Positions 55,814 to 64,000 of a stretch of 64,000 nucleotides of DNA are shown here, piece by piece. The position numbers were made by a program, and so were the translations under genes. Source of the stretch: the human T2T-CHM13v2.0 reference genome, Homo sapiens. Below the pieces are notes generated by a model. The model worked only from the letters and a program-made list of their open reading frames with translations, was not told the DNA's origin and searched no databases. The stretch lies in NCBI RefSeq assembly GCF_009914755.1, contig NC_060932.1; one strand, 5' to 3'. Every line of letters begins with the position of its first letter. Position 1 is the stretch's first letter.

Positions 55814-56877
55814 CCAAGTCAACATAGATAGCTATGTTCTTCACAGTAAATCTCTTGAGGATATGTTGTGTGATGGTTGCAGTAGTACCAGTAAAATTCT
55901 CAAACAACACCAACCACCGTCTAGAATTCCTAAAGGGACAATGACATGAAGTCAATAATGAAATAGCGAAGTCGCTTTGTTAAATGGAAAACAAATGTAT
56001 TGCCCCAGCTGAAATAGAAAATATCAGTCCTTTTAACAACCATAAAATCACCATTGTTTCTCCACTCTGAAAACATTTGTAGGTACAGACTGAAACCAAT
56101 TCCTTTCTTCTAGAGTCAGGTGACAAAAGGCCACCTAAATAACTTCTTGGTCACTGTACATGTAACTTTGTAGAAATAAGGCTATTTTCCATAAGGCACA
56201 TGTGGAAATCAGTTGAATATCTCATAGTTATACACATACTTATGGTCGTCTTTCTTTAAAAAAAAGAAAAAGGAAGAAAGAAACAAATCTAACAATAACC
56301 TTAAAAAGTGACAATAAATTCACTCAAGTCAGTCTCTATATAACATACTATTATCAATGGTGTCCTTTCATTTTGATATAGGAAGACAAAAAGGGAGAAA
56401 AACAAACAAGTACCTTATTTCATGTCATTCAAGATAATTTTGACTTTTAATGCCTTTCTGCAAAAGAATGAATGATACGACTGGGGTAGTCCATTGGTTA
56501 CAAGTCACTTTGGTGTATTACCAAGAAAAGGAAAAGACGGGTTAATAAAATCTCATTTGGGCTAGTCCTTTTTTCTCCTTTCAGGAAAATAAAGCTGAAT
56601 CTTATATTTAATAATAGCTTAACCTTTAAACTTACAAAGAGAAACAACCAATGAAATCTTCCCTCATAGACTAACGAGAGTTTGTAGAAAAAACCACAGA
56701 GCAATGCCCCAAGGAAATCATCAATGAACAAAAATCAATCTGCATCAGGACCTACTGACTTGATTCTTGAGCACTTAAGATCCCAGGATGATGAGGTTCT
56801 GAAGGAAAAAGGCTCAATTTGACTGGGGAAAAAAAAAGCCTTATTTTCTGCATCAGTTTACAATTTATTCACTTCAG

Positions 56878-57075
56878 GAGATAATATTGCAAAGTGGTTA
56901 AGAGCTTTTGGAATTAGACGGCCTGGGTTTGAGTCCAGATTTTGCTTTTTTGCCCTGTTAGATACCTTACTTAACCTCTCTAAAATTTAGTTTATGAGGG
57001 ATAATAAAGATCTGTCACATAGATTCATATGAGAATTATATGACTATATATATATAGCTTCAATAAATGTCAGAG
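56878..57075 (+). mobile_element. MIR
   Basis: agtggttaagagc..agacggcctgggtttgagtcc..acttaacctctct. Confidence 0.8.
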
Positions 57076-57697
57076 AATAATATGCATATTATAATTATCA
57101 CCATCATTGTATAACTTCTTCATATGTTCTTATATTTTAAATCTATAAGCTTGTAATTACATTTTCTTTATGTTAGCAAAGTCGTGTGCTTTCTCTTTTT
57201 TAAACAGATTTGAAAAATATCATTTATTTATTCAACAGTATTCATCTATTTTGTTGGCCCTTTCAAGGTGTGAGTTATTTTCCTGGGTGTGTTTGGTCAA
57301 AATGGAGTGAGATTAATATTTTGTTTTCTAGTTTACTCAGTTTTGCACTATATTCATTGATCTCTTCTATCTAATTTTTGTTTATTGTGTTGTATTTTGT
57401 AAATATATTTTTAGCTGAATGCTGACTGTTTAATTGATTTACAGGAATTGCTGTATTAACACATACAAGGAATCTTTCTTACATTTTTTAGAATAAAATG
57501 TTAGAAGACATTATACCCATTTTTTCTAACTATTGTACTATTTTTCACAATGACACAGGAAAAAAAAATCTCAACTCTTTCCACCCTTGGTCAGATGTCA
57601 TAAACGCCCCTGGTCATAAGCAGCCCTGGTGAGACATCCTGGGCCTCTCTCACACGTAAATAATAAAAATGTGTGTGGAGGCACAATGCAAAAAGAC

Positions 57698-57900
57698 AGC
57701 CATTCTCAACTCAGGATGCACAATAGAATCACTTACGGTGCTTTTAGATTATAGGACACCTCAGCTCCACTCTTGTTCCAATTTGATTGGACTTGGCAAG
57801 GGGGCCTGTTATCAGAATTCTTTACATTCCCTTGTTGTTTATTTCAAATTCCATAAGGCAGGCTCTACAGGGAGGCTGAGGGTGCGTCTGAGCCACTCCT
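57698..57900. mobile_element. MER5-like MITE
   Basis: ttctcaactcaggatgcacaatagaatcac..tttgattggacttgg. Confidence 0.55.
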
Positions 57901-58684
57901 CCCTTACCTTCCTGACTGGCCTCTTGTAGGTCTACAGTTGCTACCTTCACTACCAGAGCTATCCTGAGGTTCCTCTGAAAAACTCCACCGACAGGGATGG
58001 CCTCTCTTTTCCCAATATGTGCTGCAGCTGCCTCAGTTGGTTGGGTTTTTTCCTGTTTCTTCCCCTCAGTCCAAATTCTGATTCCAGTTCTAATTCCGGG
58101 GTTAAGCATTATAGTGAATTTATTTTTAATTTCCAAAATATTCAGAATGTGGAGAAGGGGAAGTCATAAATTATTCTGTCATCTAGAATCACAATTCCAA
58201 TGTTTCTAAGTTTTTTAAGTATTAAACTTACATACTCATAAAGATATTTGCACCAAAATTTATAACCCAGAATCCTACCAAGATTATTTCCATAACTTCC
58301 AGCAAGTTATTCCTTTCAAAATTATAATGTCTATTTATTCCACTTAGATTTGTATAGGTAATAGGAAAGCTGGAGCTAAGTGATATTGTTGGCATTCTAC
58401 TTTATATAGAGAAACTTTAAGTGTCTGCTCTGTCATCTTTTCCTCACCTCCTGACAAATAACTAAAAGAACAAAAGCAAGCCTACTGCAGGACGACCTCT
58501 TGAAACTTCCCATCCAGGCACTAGGTTCCCTGCCAGGTAACTTCTGAAGCTTCTTTTACCTCCCTTTTCTCATGGGCCTAGGGGAACTAGTGGATCATTA
58601 TTGAGTTAACATTTTGTTAATTTGTTGAATAACGATATTAAGAAGAACTACAAATAAAATTAATATGATGCATTACTATTACAA

Positions 58685-59715
58685 TCTTGGGAAAAGTAAA
58701 AACATGCTGACCATGCAGGCAAAATTGGACCATATTAAAATTAAGAAGTTCTATCAAAAGATGCCTTCAGATGAATGAAAAAATAAAGCCAACATTGGGT
58801 GAAGATATTTACAAAACATACATTTGTCAAAAGATGTATATTCATGGTTTATAAAGACTTCTACAAATCAATAGAAAAAGCAAACAATCCAATAGAAAAT
58901 GGGGAAAATATGTGAATGAACAATTCACAAAATAAGATATAAATTCCCAACAAACGTAAAATAAATTGCTTAATTTTATTTATCAGGAAAATGAAAATTA
59001 AAACCACAATGTGATATCACTACATACTTACCTAACTGACTAAAAAGATGAACAAAATCAACTGTTGTTAAATCTCATACATTGATTGAAAGAAACATAA
59101 GGTGTTAGAATCTCTTTGGTAAGTTGTACGGCAGTATCAATGAAAGCTAAATATGTATGTGTCCTGTGACCCAGCAATTATATTCCTCAGTATATAGAAA
59201 TAGATACATATGTGCTCTAAAACAAGTATATGAGAGTAATCATATCAGTACTATATGTTATAATTCAAAACTGGAAATAATCCAATGTTCATCAACAATA
59301 AAATAGACAAATACATTTTGGTATATTTTCAACTTTGTGCTTTACAGAAAAAGTTTGCCAATCCCTGTTACATTGCAATAAATATGGGTAAATAACAACT
59401 ATGAAAATGTATGAATGATTCTCCCAAAATATTGATGAGCGAGACAAGTCAGACACTTACTGAGCTACTAGATTTTTTTTATAAGGTTCTAATATGGGCA
59501 GGGTGAACCCATGATGTTGGAAGTCAGGAAAACAGAAATCCTGAGTGTCATCGGCATGACCACAGAGCCTGGCTTCCTCAGGGACTGGTAGCGTTTCAAC
59601 TCTTGACTTCAACACAGTTTACACAGCTGTGTCCACTTTGTAAATCTCACAAAAGTGCACATTAAGAGTGTGTGTACCTTTTCACATATCTGTCACACAC
59701 CATGAAAATTATTTT
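58685..59715 (+). mobile_element. L1ME ORF2 end and 3' UTR
   Basis: attaaaattaagaagttct; aaattaaaaccacaatgtgatatcactac; ctgtgacccagcaatt. Confidence 0.8.
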
Positions 59716-60329
59716 TTTCACCTCACTAAACGAAAATGTCCTAAGTCATTGTTGCAGTGGTCGCAGTGTTAGGAAGAGATAAAGTAGTATCTTCATAAAC
59801 AAAATTAGTAAAAATAATCCTACAAAGTAAAAGCCAGATCATAACCTAAAGAATATTCACTTCCAATCCTTTCTTTTTCTTATAACTAATGAAAATAAGG
59901 CCAATAAAGTTATTTGATTTTACCAAATGAATGTCCTATTTTTCATAAGAGGATAAATTAAAACTAGTATTCTGGCTTAAAAATCTAGCCCTTTTCTTAC
60001 CACATACTTCTATTCTCATTAAGGTATAGAAAAATAAAATAACCTATCAATATAAGTTATATGACTCTTTATTTTTAGTTGTCATCTCCATAAAATAATT
60101 TTATCATCATTTACCATTTACTTTAAAGCAGCAAATACTTCAAAAAATTATTTATTTTGCCTTCGTGTCTTTTTTTTTCAAATAGAAATATAGAAACAAA
60201 GATAAAAACAGGATTAGAGACGATGAAAACAACATATTAGAAAATACAATTTAAGACAATTTATTGTCTTTCCAAGCCATGAGATAGTTTCCATACCCTT
60301 ACTATAATGAATAGAAATATTCCCCCTTT

Positions 60330-60700
60330 CATTTTTAAACTTATAACCATAATATACTGCAAATGTGCAGAAAATATTGAAAATAATACAACGGGCTCTA
60401 TCCTAGATTCTTAGAACCCTGGATTCCTTAGTTGTTAACATTTTAATCCATTAGCTGTTGATACTTTGATCCATATGTTTCTGATATTTTTACTGTTTAT
60501 AGTTTAAAAATTGTAGATGAAGCCAATCACCCCCATGTACCTACCCATTGCATTCCCTAGCTTCCCAGAGGTACCCCAAACCTCAGTTTGACATCTATGA
60601 ATGTTTACATGTATTAATTTACAGATTCTATATGTACCTATATCATCAGGAAATATTGTTTTACATGTTTTAAATTATGTACATGAATGCTCTGAATTGT
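60330..60700 (-). mobile_element. L1ME 3' fragment
   Basis: aaatgtgcagaaaata; gttgttaacatttt; ttcccagaggtacc. Confidence 0.55.
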
Positions 60701-61149
60701 AGCTTTATGTTAGGATTATTTAAAATGGAAAGTTCTAAATGACTTGCTTCAGGATAGTTTTCAAATTCTCCTAGGAAAGAAATCACCTGACTTTTATCCT
60801 CATAGTGCTTTGAGAGGTGGATTATAATTGCAATGTCCTACTCTGCCTGTCATATTTTATTTCTTAAGCTGCCTATATGTAAGTTCAGTCTTGCACCTAT
60901 GTTTATAATTAATTAGATCCCAAAATAGAAATGGCAGCAGAGAATAGAACTTTGTTGTTGTTGAAAGTATCAGAATTAGTTGGAGGTTGCCTGCTATTTC
61001 CCTACACTCTATGCAACCATTTCCTGCTTACCCAAAGTCTTAATTAAAAAGTGAATTGTTTTTTATTTTCTGACTTCAACAAGAAGGTCATTATTCTTTC
61101 ATTGGGTAGCTCTGCAGTAAGCAGCTTTCTCTTTTAAAGCTTTGACTGA

Positions 61150-61915
61150 TTTAGCTTCATTTTAACTCTGCTCCATTGCTGGATAGTACCTTTCTTCTGT
61201 GAGTCATTGCTGATATTCCCCCGTTTCACTTCCCATGTCCAATTCAGTCTCATTTTGTGACACCCAACTAGCTCATCCACGGCCACCCATCTGCTCTTCC
61301 ATGTCCTCATCTCCACGTCCTCAGGCTGAGCTGCTGTCCGATCCCATCATGCTGCACTGATTTACCCAAATCTGCTACTGTGACCTCTAGTCTGTTCTCA
61401 TTTCGGCTGCACTGAAAGAAGAAATATCAGACTTCCAACATTCTTTCAAGCCCTGCATCACATGGCTCTACTCACATCTCCCACCTCACTGGGACTGGTC
61501 TCTTCTCAGCCTCTTCCCTGGAAGAAAGATGTGCTCTTCCCTGGAAGAAAGATGTGCTCTTCCGGTAGCTTCAATGTTCCACACGCCTCCACCCCTCCCC
61601 ACAGCCTCGCATAACCCACGCCCTCAGCCCAAGACTGTCTTCCCCTCCACACACAATCCTTTCCTAAGAAAGTCTCCTCCAGCCTCCCAGGACCTCATCT
61701 GTGGTACCTTGTTCTTTTCCTTCAAACTCTGATCCATGAGAGAGGGTGCGCATGTGTCTGTATCAATGTTTCTCTCCCTCACTAAATCCTAAGCTCCATC
61801 AGAGCAAGAACCATGGCAATTTTTTTTCAAACCTGAACATTTATCATTGAAACCCCACCACTTAGCAAACTCTTGTCTTATGGTAGCTGCTTGATGAATA
61901 CTTGAAGCATTAAAA
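61150..61915 (+). mobile_element. L2 3' region
   Basis: caagccctgcatcacatggctcta; aagctccatcagagcaagaacca; gcttgatgaatacttga. Confidence 0.75.
61511..61563. repeat. Perfect 23-bp tandem duplication
   Basis: ctcttccctggaagaaagatgtg twice, then ctcttcc. Confidence 0.95.
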
Positions 61916-62669
61916 ATGGTCATTTGTATCACCTAGCATGTGAGCAACTAGAGGTTGTATCCCTAATATCTGACAGTGTTTGTTTATTTTAAAAGTGAGG
62001 TGAAATATTCACATAGGTGGCACTAACCTTAGCAACTGCTCAGTAGCTGCCGTGGTAGCTGGAAACGGCTGTCCTGCTGATTGCCTCAGTGTGTGATATC
62101 TCCACCGCAGCAGCTCTGGGTTCGTCAGTGCAGGGGTGCTGCCTAGGACCTTAGCTAGTTATCATCCCCAGGTCATTTGCGTGGCTTAGTTTATCAAGTG
62201 AGCTAACAGAAGTCCTAAAGGCCGGATCCGTGGGCAGGTGAAAGACCACAGGGACATTGTAATCGGGCAGGAAACCAGCCTGGATGCTCAGGAATGTGAG
62301 AATCTCAGAGGGTAGTAATGGAGAGAGAGGAACACAAACACGATGAGGGAGACTTTAGCCTGTTTTACTCCTGCTTTAGCTAGTTACACTTCTGGTAGAA
62401 AAAGAAGGAGAGAGAAAATTAAAAAATAAAAGATGTGACTGGTGTAGCCTTTCTTAACTGTTTACATCAGCCCATATTTGCATTGTTTCCTTTGAAAATA
62501 CTGAATTCCATTCTCGTTCTCTGCTTAGAATATTTGGGTTTTCCATGTTTAATATACCGTAGACCATTTGTAACCAAAAAGCTATTCTTAGGTAAAGTGT
62601 TTTTTCTTATATATTTTTACATTGAAAAAAAAACAAATTAGGAAGCCTTTTTGTATTTAAATGATTATA

Positions 62670-62974
<305 letters not shown>

Positions 62975-63640
62975 TAAATGATTTAAACCTATGGATACCA
63001 ATGACTGCATTAATAATCATAGCTATTTAAAGACATGGCATAATAATTTGCTTTTCCCTTGGTTGCATTCCACTTATTAGGAAGTGGACTAAGAAGCAGA
63101 AACCCAACTTCCTGAAAATCTTGTTTTCCCAGGGTTTTCAGATGTTCTGTCTACATTGAAAGATGATAACAAAGCACTACCAGGGGCAACTTTGACACCT
63201 TTTGAAATTGAACAAATAGTACTGTGGTTCTTAGCCATGAAATGGAGTCCATTTTGGAGGTAGAACACTTCTTGCCTGGGGCACAGATACGTAAAAACAG
63301 ATTGCGCAAGGAATGTGCACAGATCACACAAAAGCCTCCCCACCCCCAAGAAAAAAAGCAAGTATATTATCACTACTTTGGATTTTATATTTTTCTAATT
63401 ATCTAGGTATAGAAAGTATATACTTTGAATAAAAGTGAACTGATAATTACTCTTCCAGACACCAAAACTTATTGTAAGGTTATATTAACAAAAACAGTGA
63501 GGTTTAGAGACAGACAAATAGAAAAATGGAACGAAACAGAGTCAACAATTAAACTAGCTTATGTATGGGAACCTGGAATAATATCAATTTTTTTTTAAGT
63601 TGTACAACATGTGCTATCTTTATGGATAAAAATAAATATA

Positions 63641-63945
63641 AGCTGGGCATGGTGGTTCACACCTGTAATCCCAGCACTTTGGGAGGCCAAGGTCGACTGA
63701 TCATTAGAGCTCAATAGTTCAAGACCAGCCTGGGCAACATGGAGAAACCCCATCTCTACCAAAAATACGAAAATTAGCCAAGCATGGTGGCACGTGCCTG
63801 TATCCCAGCATCTCAGGAGGCTGAGGTGGGAGGATCGCTTGAGCCCAGGAGGTTGAGGCTATAGCGAGCTGAGATTGCACCACTGCACTGCAGACCGGGA
63901 GACACAGTAAGACCCTGTCTCAAAATAATAATAATAATGATAATT
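63641..63945 (+). mobile_element. AluJ within an L1 fragment
   Basis: ggaggatcgcttgagcccaggaggttgaggct; (ATA)n tail. Confidence 0.92.
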
Positions 63946-64000
63946 AATTAGACCTGGGGCAGGGACAGATTCCCTGTTCACTAACCCTCTTTTCTTGTCT

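Noticed and set aside
56414-56457. 44-nt minus-strand micro-exon (cttttgcAG .. AAG|GTACTT)
   Set aside because: Weak donor and stops in all frames; expected by chance
63091-63263. Protein-looking frame EAETQLPENLVFPGFSDVLSTLKDD.. with a nearby ATTGCGCAAG
   Set aside because: No recognisable homology, weak donor (GTAGAA) and no partner exons

Overview
64 kb of AT-rich, non-coding primate genomic DNA, most likely human because it carries an AluYa5 with all five diagnostic substitutions. I found no supportable protein-coding gene, RNA gene, CpG island or prokaryotic system. The ORF track is explained by Alu, L1, LTR and Tigger sequence or by chance. Much of the window is interspersed repeat: a decayed ERV-L pol (RT) segment split by an MST LTR, a near-full-length Tigger1, MER1A, MER1B, Tigger3a, MaLR solo LTRs (THE1/MST/MLT1), MER21, a MER11 solo LTR, two long old L1s, a HAL1-like element, L2, L3, MIRs and about 15 Alus. 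The best leads are a well-formed non-coding exon candidate on the minus strand (50845-50970), a twin-primed L1 whose junction was later duplicated in inverted form (24317-25441), several perfect or near-perfect hairpins that look like template-switch products, the young AluYa5 and the MER11 LTR. Subfamily names come from my recall of consensus sequences and need RepeatMasker/Dfam confirmation. I do not see a novel biological system here.
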